A stretch of 64,000 nucleotides of DNA from Pristiophorus japonicus (taxonomy: Eukaryota), in contig NC_091982.1 in NCBI RefSeq assembly GCF_044704955.1, positions 6,634,001 to 6,698,000 on the forward strand, in the 5' to 3' direction. Made by a program: the position numbers and the translations under genes. Under the pieces are notes generated by a model. The model was not told the origin of the DNA, searched no databases, and worked only from the letters and a program-made list of their open reading frames with translations. Numbering within the stretch: the stretch's first letter is position 1; each line of letters opens with the position of its first letter. Shown here piece by piece: positions 13,132-25,859 of the stretch.

Positions 13132-16100
13132 TTTGGCGACGAGATGGGATTTTTCGAATGATTTAAAGCTGAAATTTTGTTGGTGAAGGATTCAGCCAGC
13201 CGACAGAGAGACTTTAGAAAAAGCTACAAAATCCGAGGTAAAAAAGCGAGCACACTAGATATTGCAGAGTTTAAAATGGCAGCACCCGCAGGTGTAATGG
13301 GACATTTGGGTGAACATAGACACGACCGGGAACGTTTTAAAGCGTATGTGGATCGGCTAGAAATGTATTTCACTGCAAATAACATAATCGAAGTTCCAGG
13401 CAATGCAGTCCAGAATCAGGCAATGCAGTCCAGAATCAGGCGATATTGGAACGGAAGCCAGCTATCTACTTATCTGCAGCTGGACCTGAATTGTATGAAA
13501 CTCTTGTAAGTCTGCTTGTGCCTGACGAGCCAAAGGACACAAGATTTTAACGAAGCTGGAGCAGCACTACAATCCCAAGCCGTTAGAAATTGCTGAAAGC
13601 TGTAATTTCGGGATACGGAATCAAAAGTCATGAAAGTATCAGTGATTACATTGTAGCATTAAAAAAGCTGTCGATACACTGTAATTTCGGAAACTTTCAA
13701 AACCGAACATTTGCAGGATCGTTTTGTTTGTGGGGTGAAAAATGATGCGATCAGAAGAAAGTTATTGACGACGGACGACTTGACGTTTGAGATTGCTTGT
13801 CAGACAGCGAGGTTGATGGGCATCGCCGACCAATATTCCCAAGAATTGCATAATAATTACGGTCATCAGTCAACCGAGGTGAATCGCCTGCAGATTCAAA
13901 GTAAAAGGCGGTGGGGGCCCAAAGTCTCAGAAACTGGAAATTCGAACAGAGCACCAAAGTCGTGCTATAGGTGCCTGGGACAACACATTACCTTCATATA
14001 TGGACAACTATGAGCAGAGTGTTTCTTCTGCAGAAAGACTGGGCATCTTGCAAAGGCATGCCGACTGAAGGGTAAATCAGCTTTCAAAGCTATGAGTCCA
14101 GCGTTCAAAGCTATGAGTAGAAATCCTCAGAGACTACATAGCATGGAAGAACAACAACAGGACGAGATGTTAGAGTTACACGTCATCAGGAGCACGAGGT
14201 TAACGGACAGTGATTCGGAAAGTATCAAAATTCACATAGATGCTGCGGGATTCAAGATACCAATGGAAACCGACACTGGTGCATCCGTGAGTGTAGTACC
14301 GGAGTCGCTATACCTCGACAAATTGCATGATTTCCCATTGGGGAAATCCAAGATAGAGCTGTGAGGCTACTCGGGAGAGAAAATTCCTGTGATAGGTCAT
14401 GTCATCGTACCGGTGAAATATAAGGATCAATTTCAGAACTTGCCTCTAACATTAATGAAAGGAGACAAGCCTGCCTTACTAGGAAGAAATTGGTTGAGCT
14501 CACTGAAGCTGGATTGGAGTAAGATTTTCTGTGTGAAAGCGAGATTTGTATCAACGGATGATGTTATCAAGAAGTATCCGAAGGTGTTCTGCGAAACGGA
14601 CAGTCCGATCCAAGGCTTCAAGGTGAGTGTCAGGGTACAGAAGGATGCGAGATCGGTTTACTGCAAGCCACGTTCCGTACCATATGCACTCAAGGAGAAA
14701 GTTGAGCAAGAACTCAAAAGACTAGAGACTGAGTACGTTATTTTTAAAATAGATCGATGTAATTGGCCTACACCCATTGTTGTTGTACCCAAGTCCGATG
14801 GTAAAATAAGATTGTGTGGTGATTATAAAGTAACCGTAAACCAGATTCTAGAGGGTAATATCCCCAATACATTGCCGAATATAGAAGATTTGTTCACAAC
14901 ATTGACAGGTGGTCAGCTCTTCTCAAAACTGGATCTTACGAATGCCTACTTACAGCTTGAACTAGATGAGGAGTCCAAGTCATGCTTGACTATAAATACT
15001 CATCTAGGCCTAAATCAATTTAATAGGCTACCGTTGGGAGTGTCTTCTGCCCCTGCCATATTCCAAGGGGTGATGAACCAGATTTTGCAAGGTATTAAAG
15101 GGGTAGTATGTTATTTGGATGACATACTAATTTCAGCACCAAAGACAAATTCATAATAACATATTGAATAAAGTCCTCAAACGGCTAGAGAAGCACAGAG
15201 TATGAGTGTCCACTCGTAAGTGTGAGTTATTTCAAAACTCAGTGGAGTATTTAGGGTACAGAGTAGATAAAGATGGTTTACATCCAACCATGGGAAAGCT
15301 GGATGCAATCAGAAATGCACCCACTCCCACGAATGTCACTGAACTTCGTTCATTCTTGGGTCTTTTGAACTATTATGGGAAGTTCCTACCAAATTTGGCT
15401 ACAATATTACATCCACTGAATGAACGTTTGAAAAAACAGGTCCATTGGAAGTGGTCAAAAGAATGCGATACAGCATTCAAAGAGTGTAAAAGCAAACTGG
15501 TAGAGAGCACCATGTTAGTTCACGATGACATATCTAAGGAGATTAAGCTAGCATGTGATGCCTCTCCGTATGGAGTTGGGGCAGTAATCTCTCATGTATC
15601 ACGGAGTGGGGAGGAGAGATCAATTGCTTTTGCTTCACGCACTCTCTGTGCCAGTGAGAGTAATTATGCGCAAATCAAACGGGAAGCTTTGGCATTAATT
15701 TTTGGGGCCAAGAAGTTTCACAAATACTTGTATGGTCGTAAGTTTACCATCGTTATGGACCATAAGCCCCTAACAGCAATCCTCTATCCAAAGTCCCCAC
15801 TTCCAACATTAGCTGCAGCCCGAATGCAGAGATGAGCTTTGATTTTGTCAGCTTATACATGATATTGAATATAGACGATGAGCTGATCACAGTAATGCTG
15901 ATGCAATGTCTAGATTGCCTTCCCCATCACAAGTTACAACCGATAGGGAAGAAGTGTTTTATTTTTCATACATTGATGAACTGCCAGTCACAGCTGAAGA
16001 GATTGGTAGAGCAACCAAACGTGACCCAGTGATGTCAAAGGTGTATGAGTATATTGCAAATGGATGGCCAAACCAGGTAACAAAGATACACATCCATTCT

Positions 16101-17507
16101 TCATTTATAGGAATGAATTATCAGTCGATAAAGATTGTATCATGTGGGGTGCAAGAGTGGTTATACCAAATAAATTCAGGTCCAAATTATTAGGAGACCT
16201 TCATGACCAGCACCTGGGAATGTGCTTGGCCAAGAGTTTAGCAAGCAGTTACTTATGGTGGCCAGGTCTTGATAAAGATATAGAGTACATCATGAGTCAG
16301 TGTACATGTCAATCGGTAAGCAAGCAACCACCATCAGTACCATTAGCGCCATGGAAATGGCCTCCCAAGGTGTGGCAAAGGCTACATATTGATTTTGCTG
16401 AGTTAGAAGGACAACAATTGTTCATTATGATTGATAGCCATTCGAAGTGGGTCAAGGTGTTTCCAATGTGGAAAACAACAACAAGTAAAACACTGGACAT
16501 TTTGCGAAGTTCATTTTCTTAATTTGGCCTCCCAGAAGAAATTGTTTCGGATAATGGACCACAATTTTGTTCCGGGGAATTTGCACAATTCACGAGCAAA
16601 AATGGTGTGAAACATACCAAGGTTCCACCATACCACCCTGCTTCAAATGGTGCAGCAGAGCGCACTGTACAAATTATAAAACGTGCCCTCATAAGACAAA
16701 TGTTAGATCCAAATCCAAAGAAATGACAGTAGTCATTTTTTGATTACGTATCGTAATACTCCTCATACAACTACTGGTCGAACACCAGCAGAGTTGTTTC
16801 TCAAAAGACAGCCACGAACCAGATTCTCATTTGTTAAAACCAAATTTGGCACAGTCCATAGAAGAGACATAATCAAGACAGAAAGAGAATCATGATAGAG
16901 GTACAGTAAAAGAGAAGTGTGAGTTTAAACCAGAAGGTGAGAGTGAAGAACCATCACCATAAATGGTTAAAGTGGTTACTTGGAAAAGTAGTGAAGATAT
17001 GTGGTCCTTGCACATATTTGGTCAAGATGTTTGATCATGGACAGGTTAGGTTTGTTCATATTGATCATATTTTGCCTACAGACATGGAAGGAGTTGAAAG
17101 TGGGAATGACTCAATTATTTCTGGCTCATCAGATAGTTTTGATATACCAGTACACCTACATCCAGTGTACTGGAAACAAATCCAAGAGAAAATCAGAATT
17201 TAAGTCCGAGTCCGAGTCAGGAAAACAAACTAACAGTCTGAAGTTAGAGTGAGTTCAAATGAAAATCAAGGAAATTCCGTGGGAGGAAAACATCCCTCAG
17301 GATGAGTCTCGAATGAGTTTGAAGTCGAGACCATGTTTGGAAGGTTCTGTTCGCGAGCGAAGGTATCCTCGTCGAAACAGAAAACAAGTGGTTAAATTAA
17401 ATTTGTAAATATGGAAAAAAAAAATAAGTCTATATCCTGTGTTATGTATAAACATGCAAGTTATGTATGATGCTGTTATAATAACTTCTTCATTAAGGAG
17501 GGAGAAG

Positions 17508-17663
17508 TGTAATGTTTGTAGCTCCACACTGTGGATGTGGACGTATTGTGTACTGGAACTACAGAGTTAATAATTAAACAGAACCAGGGGGTTCCAGAGA
17601 CTTCCGAGAGCTGCCTGCCATGTTAGAAAGCTGTGTGTGCTTGTGCTCTGTGAATATATCACA
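17508..17663 (+). repeat. Gypsy 3' LTR
   Basis: Direct repeat of 12976-13131, preceded by a polypurine tract. Confidence 0.95.
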
Positions 17664-18464
17664 GGGGCAATGACGGGCTGAAGCTAAGAGAGGTACAGAA
17701 GGATGCTCTGGGCTTAATGAAGGGGGATTCAAGCCAGGAACGGTGGCAGGAGTAGGAAGGCAGTGATGGGCTGGGTTAGGGATTGAGGGTAAAAAGTACC
17801 CGAGAGGAAAGAAATGAAAGCTGGCATGACTGGACGACATGAAGGGTGGAGGTGACGGTGGCGGAGGGGGAGGTGTGGAGACAGGAGAGGAGGGCCCGAC
17901 AGCAGCTGAAAGAGAACAAAGACAGAATAGGTTCAGGTGTGATTGCCGCCAAATGCACATGGGAATTTGGGACATATAAGCATAGCAGAAATTAGAAGAG
18001 ACTTGTCCCGATTGTAATTGGAAAATTGCGAAGCCATGAAATTCACATCCAGAGTTCCCCCTTATTCCAGGTGCCTTCCATCAAATGATCAAAAACATTT
18101 TACACTTGGTATACTCAATACCTTAATGTTACAATAAAATGTTACAATTAACAAACCAACCAGCCGTCATCCCACAGATGCAAAACTTCACTGGATCAAC
18201 AAGCTTACCAAACACAAAGCAAGGTTGACAAATTCATCACAAAATGTCCTTTTTTTTATAAAATAAGACGAGTTCCTCCTTTGCAAGTTCAATAGGCAAA
18301 GGCACCTCAGCCAGTATTTAACTCTCTCTCAGCATTTCCCCATTTAGAATATAGCTCTCTCTGATAAGAGGAAAGGTAGAGGTTGTTTAGGAAGGTACAG
18401 GAACTTCAAGCATAGGGCTGAGGCAGCTGAAGGCTCCATCACCAACGGTCAGGTAAGGGAGGAT

Positions 18465-19675
18465 ATAACGAGCATGGTGGATAGAGGTGTACCGATGGAT
18501 GTGGTGTATTTAGATTTCCAAAAGGCATTCGATCAGGTGCCACACAAAAGGTTACTGCAGAAGATAAAGGTATGCGTAGTCAGAGGAAATGTATTAGTAT
18601 GGATAGAGAATTGGCTGGCTAACAGAAAGTAGAGAGTCGGGATAAATGGGTCCTTTTCGGGTTGGAAATCGGTGGTTAGTGGTGTGCCACAGGGATCGGT
18701 GCTGGGACCACAACTGTTTACAATATACATAGATGACCTGGAAGAGGGGACAGAGTGTCGTGTAACAAAATTTGCAGATGACACAAAGATTAGTGGGAAA
18801 GCGGGTTGTGTAGAGGACACAGAGAGGCTGCAAAGAGATTTAGATAGGTTAAGCGAATGGGCTAAGGTTTGGCAGATGGAATACAATGTCGGAAAATGTG
18901 AGGTCATCCACCTTGGAAAAAAAAACAGTAAAAGGGAATATTATTTGAATGGGGAGAAATTACAACATGCTGCGGTGCAGAGGGACCTGGGGGTCCTTGT
19001 GCATGGATCCCAAAAAGTTAGCTTGCAGGTAATCAGGAAGGCGAATGGAATGTTGGCCTTCATTGCGAGGGATGGAGTACAAAAGCAGGGAGGTCCTGCT
19101 GCAACTGTATAGGGTATTGGTGAGGCCGCACCTGGAGTACTGCGTGCAGTTTTGGTCACCTTACTTAAGGAAGGATATACTAGCTTTGGAGGGGATACAG
19201 AGACAGTCACTAGGCTGATTCCAGAGATGAGGGGGTTACCTTATGATAGATTGAGTAGACTGGGTCTTTACTCATTGGAGTTCGGAAGGATGAGGGGTGA
19301 TCTTATGGAAACATTTAAAATAATGAAAGGGATAGACAAGATAGAGGCAGAGAGGTTGTTTCCGCTGGTCGGGGAGACTAGAACTAGGGGGCACAGCCTC
19401 AAAATACAGGGGAGCCAATTTAAAACGGAGTTGAGAAGGAATTTCTTCTCCCAGAGGGTTGTGAATCTGTGGAATTCTCTGCCCAAGGAAGCAGTTGAGG
19501 CTAGCTCATTGAATGTATTCAAGTCACAGATAGGTAGATTTTTAACCAATAAGGGAATTAAGGGTTACGGGGAGCGGGCGGGTAAGTGGAGCTGAGTCCA
19601 CGGACAGATCAGCCATGATCTTGTTGAATGGCTGGAGGGGCTAGATGGCCTACTCCTGTTGCTAATTCTTATGTT
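18465..19675 (+). mobile_element. CR1 LINE, second subfamily, 5'-truncated
   Basis: ORFs 18672..19112 and 19152..19595 (FADDTKISGK, GYGERAGKWS); tail CTAATTCTTATG; near-identical to the 3' part of 25860-29015. Confidence 0.92.
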
Positions 19676-21137
19676 CAATTTGCACACAGCAAGCTCCCAC
19701 AAACAGCAACATGATACTGACCAGATAATTAGTGATGCTGATTGAGGGTTAAACATTGGACAGAACACCGGGGGACAACTCTGCTGCTCTTCTTCGAAAT
19801 AGTGCCCTGGGATCTTTTACGTGCAGCTGACAAGGGCAGAATGGCCTGTCTGTGGGCCGTAAGTGCTTTGTGACAATTGACCTCAGTGGGGTGTTGGCAA
19901 CCGGATGGGAGACCGAGGCAAAGGTCACGGTGCTGATGATAAAGTGACGGGTTACGAAATTTCTGCTCAGAGACTTGGAGAATACTTTGAACCGCAAGTG
20001 ACCCTCATCGAAGCTTCCTCCTTTGAAGACAGTTCCGCTTTCGAATGCTGACCCCTGACCCCCTCCCCTGCTGCAGGGCCCGCCCACCTCACGGCTCGCC
20101 CCGAGCTGCCCAATCACATTGTCCCGCGTGCGCCCGAGGCTGGCCCGCCCCCAACCCGGAAGCCTCGGGCTCGCGCCTGTTGTCACGCGGTGTTTGTTGT
20201 GATTCTGTCGCGCCCGGTGATTGGCTGATCGCCACAAACCGATCAAAAAGAGCGGCGCGGGGGGGGCCGACAGCCGGCGGCCGTCAGTGTTCGCCCGCCG
20301 CGGGCCGCGGCCTCCCCACCCCCTCACCCACCTCCTCACCCCCCCCACACACACCCCCCTCACCCCCCCCCTCACACACATACACCCCCCCTCACACACA
20401 CACCTCACCCCCTCCTCCTCCTCACCCCCTCCTCCTCACCCCCACCCCCTCACCCCTCCTCCTCCCATCCTCCTCACCCCCCCCCCCCCACCCCCTCACC
20501 CCCTCACACACCCCCTCACCCCCTCACACAGAGCCTTCCCTCACTGCTCAACCTAACCTGCTCTTTCCCCCTCCCCCTTCGCCAACACCGCAGCCCGCCC
20601 AAAAGAAACCCCTGATTGGCCACTGCTCCCGTCACTCGGCCGCAGGCGTCAGCTCGCGGGCCTTTCAGAAGGCCGCTGTTTTCCAATCCAATTGGCTGGC
20701 GCCCGTGCTCATCACACACGTGCTGCAGCCAATCAGCTGCTGGCCCCCGGCCAGCAAAAAGATCAATCGGAGGCCGCCTTTCCAGGAACCCGCCCCCCTC
20801 TCCCCCTCCGCGTCCCGTTCACCCCCCCCCCCACAAACATGGCGGAACCAGCAGCCCGATTGGCCGAACCATCCGTCAGTCAACTCAAACCCCACCCCCC
20901 CCCCCCCCCATCAATCAAACCCCGCCCCCCCTACACACACACACAAGTTTGGTTGCCGCTGCAGTGGAGACTTTTGAAGCGAATTAAATAATTAAATGTT
21001 TTTTTTTTAACACAAAAAAAAGAGAAGAGGGGACGCCTTGACTCGGGAGGTCTCGGGCCCCTTGCCGGCGGCACGCTGCTGAAGGAAGGACAATGAGGGC
21101 CCGGGCCTGGGCCGCCGCCGCCGCCGCGGTCGCTTAC

Positions 21138-21210
21138 CTATGAGCTCGGCGATCGCGCTGAAGGGCCAGGTGTGACTGGTCGAGTTGGTGTGCAAGTAGG
21201 TGGGGCTCAT
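21138..21210 (-). CDS. MORC4: MORC family GHKL ATPase (MORC3/MORC4-like), coding exon 2
   Basis: 73-nt exon between AG acceptor and GTAAG donor encodes [24 protein letters not shown](D), the conserved MORC GHKL motif I lead-in; symbol chosen from RBM41 synteny, MORC3 not excluded. Confidence 0.88.
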
Positions 21211-21355
21211 CTGAGGAGGCGAAAAAATAAATAAAACAAAACATCCGTCAGGCGGCATTTTTTTTTTTTTTAAAAAGGGGGCCCAAGCGTGTAACTTCAT
21301 CTCCGTCAGATTCCGCGGCGGGAGCGGGAGCGGGAGGAGGGGGGTGTCAGCTTAC

Positions 21356-21394
21356 CGCACTGAGGCGAATCCCATGCTCGCTGAGCCTCGCCAT
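21356..21394 (-). CDS. MORC4: MORC family GHKL ATPase (MORC3/MORC4-like), coding exon 1
   Basis: AACATGG start; 39 nt encode MARLSEHGIRLSA (GIRLS motif of MORC3/4 N-termini), followed by GTAAG donor; in frame with exon 2. Confidence 0.85.
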
Positions 21395-21637
21395 GTTTGA
21401 TCAAGAGCTCTCCGTTTCCCAGGTGAGGGCGCAGCGTTTGTCAACGGCGCTGGAATGCCGTACAAGATGGCGCCGCCCGTCAGGGGCAGAGGGAGAGAGA
21501 GAGAGAGAGAGACGCCGTACAGCACACCGCTTCCGGGCTGCGCGCGCCGCCGCCGCCGCCCCTTCCAGCAACTAATTGCAAACATAAAACGAGTCAGGAG
21601 TATTGGGCAAATACCATGGCCCCCCCCCTTTTTTGGG

Positions 21638-21837
21638 NNNNNNNNNNNNNNNNNNNNNNNNNNNNNNNNNNNNNNNNNNNNNNNNNNNNNNNNNNNNNNN
21701 NNNNNNNNNNNNNNNNNNNNNNNNNNNNNNNNNNNNNNNNNNNNNNNNNNNNNNNNNNNNNNNNNNNNNNNNNNNNNNNNNNNNNNNNNNNNNNNNNNNN
21801 NNNNNNNNNNNNNNNNNNNNNNNNNNNNNNNNNNNNN
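21638..21837. other. Assembly gap (200 N)
   Basis: Run of N. Confidence 1.
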
Positions 21838-24040
21838 GAGGGGGGGGGGGGGGGGAGAAGGGAGGGGAGGGGGGGGGGGGGGGGAGAAGGGAGGGGAGGG
21901 GGGGGGGGGGGAGAAGGGAGGGGGGGGGGGGGGGGAGAAGGGAAGGGAGGGGGGGGGGGGGGAGAAGGGAAGGGGGGGGGGGGGGAGAAGGGAAGGGGGG
22001 GGGGGGAGAAGGGAAGGGGGGGGGGGGAGAAGGGAAGGGGGGGGGGGGGGGGAGAAGGGAAGGGGGGGGGGGGGGAGAAGGGAAGGGGGGGGGGGGGGGA
22101 GAAGGGAAGGGGGGGGGGGGGGGGAGAAGGGAAGGGGGGGGGGGGGGGAGAAGGGAAGGGGGGGGGGGGGGGAGAAGGGAAGGGGGGGGAGGGGGGGGGG
22201 GGGGGAGAAGGGAAGGGGGGGGAGGGGGGGGGGGGGGGAGAAGGGAAGGGGGGGAGGGGGGGGGGGGGGGGGGGGAGAAGGGAAGGGGGGGGAGGGGGGG
22301 GGGGGGGGGGAGAAGGGAAGGGGGGGGAGGGGGGGGGGGGGAGAAGGGAAGGGGGGGGGGGGGGGGGAGAAGGGAAGGGGGGGGGGGGGGGAGAAGGGAA
22401 GGGGGGGGGGGGGGGGGAGAAGGGAAGGGGGGGGGGGGGGAGAAGGGAAGGGGGGGGGGGGGAGAAGGGAAGGGGGGGGGGGGGGGGAGAAGGGAAGGGG
22501 GGGGGGGGGAGAAGGGAAGGGGGGGGGGGGGGGAGAAGGGAAGGGGGGGAGAAGGGAAGGGGGGGGGAAGGGGGGGGGGGGGGGGGAGAAGGGAAGGGGG
22601 GGGGAGAAGGGGGGGGGGGGGGGGGGGAGAAGGGAAGGGGGGGGGGGGGAGAAGGGAAGGGGGGGGGGGGGGAGAAGGGAAGGGGGGGGGGGGAGAAGGG
22701 AAGGGGGGAGAAGGGAAGGGGGGGGGGGAAGGGGGGGGGGGAAAGGGGGGGGGGGAAAGGGGGGGGGGGAAGGGGGGGGGGGGGGAAGGGAGGGGGGGGG
22801 GGGGGAGAAGGGAAGGGGGGGGGGGGGGAGAAGGGAAGGGGGGAGAAGGGAAGGGGGGGGGGGGGAGAAGGGAAGGGGGAGAAGGGAAGGGGGGGGGGGA
22901 GAAGGGAAGGGGGGGGAGAAGGGAAGGGGGGGGGGGGGGGGGGGAGAAGGGAAGGGGGGGGGGGGGGGGAGAAGGGAGGGGGGGGGGGGGGAGAAGGGAA
23001 GGGGGGGGGGGGAAGGGAAGGGGGGGGGGGGGGGGAGAAGGGAAGGGGGGGGGGAAGGGAGGGGGGGGGGAAGGGAGGGGGGGGGGAGAAGGGAGGGGGG
23101 GGGGAGAAGGGAAGGGGGGGAGAAGGGAAGGGGGGGGGGGAGAAGGGAAGGGGGGGGGGGAGAGAAGGGAAGGGGGGGGGAGAAGGGAAGGGGGGGGGGA
23201 AGGGAGGGGGGGGGGAAGGGAGGGGGGGGGGAGAAGGGAGGGGGGGGGGAGAAGGGAAGGGGGGGGGGGGAGAAGGGAAGGGGGGGGGGGAGAAGGGAAG
23301 GGGGGGAGAAGGGAAGGGGGGGGGGGAGAAGGAGAAGGGAGGGGGGGGGAGAAGGGAAGGGGGGGGGGGGAGAGAGAAGGGAAGGGGGGGGGGGGGGAGA
23401 GAGAAGGGGGGGGGGGAGAGAGAAGGGGGGGGGGAAGAAGGGGGGGGGGGAGAAGGGAAGGGGGAAGGGGGGGGGGAGAAGGGGAGGGGGGGGGAGAAGG
23501 GGAGGGGGGGGGGGGGGAGAAGGGGAGGGGGGGGAGGGGGGGGGGGGGGAGAAGGGAAGGGGGGGAGAAGGGAAGGGGGGGGGGAAGGGGGGGGGGGGGA
23601 GAAGGGGGGGGGGAGAAGGGGGGGGGGAGAAGGGAAGGGGGGGGGAGAAGGGAAGGGGAAGGGGGGGAGAAGGGAAGGGGGAGAGAAGGGAAGGGAAGGG
23701 GGAGGGAAGGGGGAGAGAAGGGAAGGGAAGGGGGAGAGAAGGGAAGGGAGGGGGGGAGAAGGGTGGTGGGGGGGGAGGGGAGAAGGGTGGTGGGGGGGAG
23801 GGGAGAAGGGTGGTGGGGGGGAGGGGAGAAGGGTGGTGGGGGGGAGGGGAGAAGGGTGGTGGGGGGGGAGGGGAGAAGGGTGGTGGGGGGGGAGGGGAGA
23901 AGGGTGGTGGGGGGGCGAAGGGTGGTGGTGGGGGGGGGGCGAAGGGTGGTGGGGGGGGGGGAGAAGGGGGGGGGGCGAAGGGTGGTGGGGGGGAGAGGGA
24001 GAAGGGTGGTGGGGGGGAGAGGGAGAAGGGTGGTGGGGGT
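21838..24040 (+). repeat. G-rich homopurine tandem repeat (GnAGAAGGGAA units, changing to GAAGGGTGGTG units)
   Basis: Directly visible; source of spurious Gly/Pro-rich ORFs. Confidence 0.95.
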
Positions 24041-24539
24041 GTGCTCCACGTTTATTTTTTGGATCATGTTTTTGTCTTTTCCTTAAGTGGCAAATTTGCT
24101 TGCCTTTTTTTTTTAAATTTCTGGGTAATTCTTGCTCGACAAGGGAGGGAACTTTTACAGAAACAAAGTTGGCTTGTTTACAGTCCCAACTCAATTGCGT
24201 TAATATGAATCCTGCTCATGTCACATGTAACAGACGCAAATAATACATCACATTTATGGGGCATGCGGCCATCCAAGATTCTGGTACAGGAGGAGGTCCA
24301 TTGCATCTGTGCGGGCTCTGCTGCAACAAGCCAACACGATACTTGCCAACCAGGAAGGCCATTCAGCCCATCGTAACTCATTCTTCCAGGACCGCCCCTG
24401 GTCTTTAATTTTTCTTTTCACTTCTATCACTTTGCCTGGAAAACCGTTCCCAGTGTAGAATAACTGTCACGTTATTTGTACTTGTGTATTTTAGAATATG
24501 TCCAAGAGGGAGAAGTCAGTACTAAATGTAGTATCAAAT

Positions 24540-24935
24540 TATCATGCCTGACACAAGACTCCCAAAGCAAATGCTCTACTTGGAACTCCTACACAAGCAA
24601 GCCCCAGGTGGGCAGAGGAAATGTTTCAAGGGCACCCCTCAAAGCCTCCAAGATAAAGTGCAACATCCCCCCGCCATCTGGGAGACCCTGGCCAAAGACC
24701 GTCCTAAGTGGAGGAAGAGCATCCGGGAGGGCGCTGAGCACCTCAAGTTTTGTCGCTGAGAGCGTGCAGAAAACAAGTGCAGGCAGCAGAAGGAGTGTGC
24801 AGCAAACCAGACTCCCCACCCTTTCTTCCAACGACTATCCAATTCCCACATTGTGGACTGTTCAGTCACCAGAGAACTCACTTTTGGAGTGGAAGAAAGT
24901 CTTCCTCGATTTCGAGGGGCTGCCTATGATGATGA
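24540..24935 (+). mobile_element. RTE-clade LINE 3' fragment
   Basis: MPDTRLPKQMLYLEL...GGQRKCFK...WETLAKDRPKWRKSIREG; tail GCTGCCTATGATGATGAT. Confidence 0.75.
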
Positions 24936-25859
24936 TCAAATTAATAAAATAGGAAGTACTATCAGCTCGCTCAACTCCTTTAAAGGTTCACTGTGCAGAA
25001 GTGAAGTAATTTTTCCTCCTGATCTTGGATTTTGAACTGGTTGGATCACTTGGGTATATTTGTAATGGCACAAAATATTTAAATATATTTTTATAACGAG
25101 TCAAAGATTGAAGTTGTCATGTGAATTTTAATCCTGCAATTTAACATTGTGAAGGAATGGGACTGAGTAGATAGACAGATTGTTTCCAGTGATTGAGAGA
25201 TCAACAGCAAGGGGACATAGATGCAAGATATTTAAAACAGAACTGGAGAATATATATACTTTTTTTAAACAGTGTTATGTGGCAGTGGACTACACCACTA
25301 GTGATAATGATTTAAGCAGAGACCATGTCAATATTGTTTGATAGGTGGTTGAAGGGGATATGGGAACCAGGCAGGCACATGGATTTGGATTACTGTTTGC
25401 ATGAAGGATAACACCAACTTGGCCTGGTTAGACTGAAGTCTGTTTCTGTGTTAGAATTTCTGTGTAAGAATTTCTGTGTAATTCTATGTCCAAGTCACGA
25501 CAGGGTATGATTTGGATCATAGGTGCAGGAGTAGGCCATTTAGCCCCTTGAGCCGATTCCACCATTCAATAAGATCATGGCTGATGTGCTATCGAACTCC
25601 ATATACTCGCCTTTGCCCCATATCCCTGAATACCTTTTGGGTAACACAAATCTGTAAATCTTAGATTTAAAATTAGCAATTGGGATTGCAGTTTGTGGAA
25701 GAGTGTTCCAAACTTCTACCACACTTCGCATGTAGAAGTGTTTCCTAACTTCACTCCTGAAAGGCCTGGCTCTAATTTTTAGGCTATGTTCCTTAATCCT
25801 AGAATCTCCAACCAGCAGAAATAGTTCCTCTCTTATCAGCGCCCCTTAATATCTGAATT

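Larger units (their letters stand above)
12976..17663 (+). mobile_element. Full-length decayed Gypsy/Ty3 LTR retrotransposon (gag-PR-RT-RH-IN)
   Basis: 156-bp LTRs; PBS TGGCGACGAGATGGGAT at 13134; gag with zinc-knuckle remnants (CYRC, CFFC); PR (ETDTGASVSVV), RT (RLCGDYK, YLDDILI), RH (LACDASPYGVGAV, DHKPL), IN (LHIDFA, IVSDNGPQF); PPT AAGGAGGGAGAAG 17495-17507; flanks GGTG/GGGG; many stops and frameshifts. Confidence 0.95.
19990..21600. promoter_or_regulatory. CpG island / promoter region of the MORC gene, extending into intron 2
   Basis: High CpG density; YY1-like CAAGATGGCG at ~21462 and AACATGGCGG at ~20836; multiple CCAAT/ATTGG boxes and GC boxes at 20080-20870. Confidence 0.75.

Noticed and set aside
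19749-20991. Overlapping ORFs of 100-310 aa in the CpG island
   Set aside because: GC-rich, low-complexity sequence with no recognisable domain
21455-24243. 827-917 aa Gly/Pro-rich ORFs in several frames
   Set aside because: Artefacts of an N gap plus a stop-free G-rich repeat
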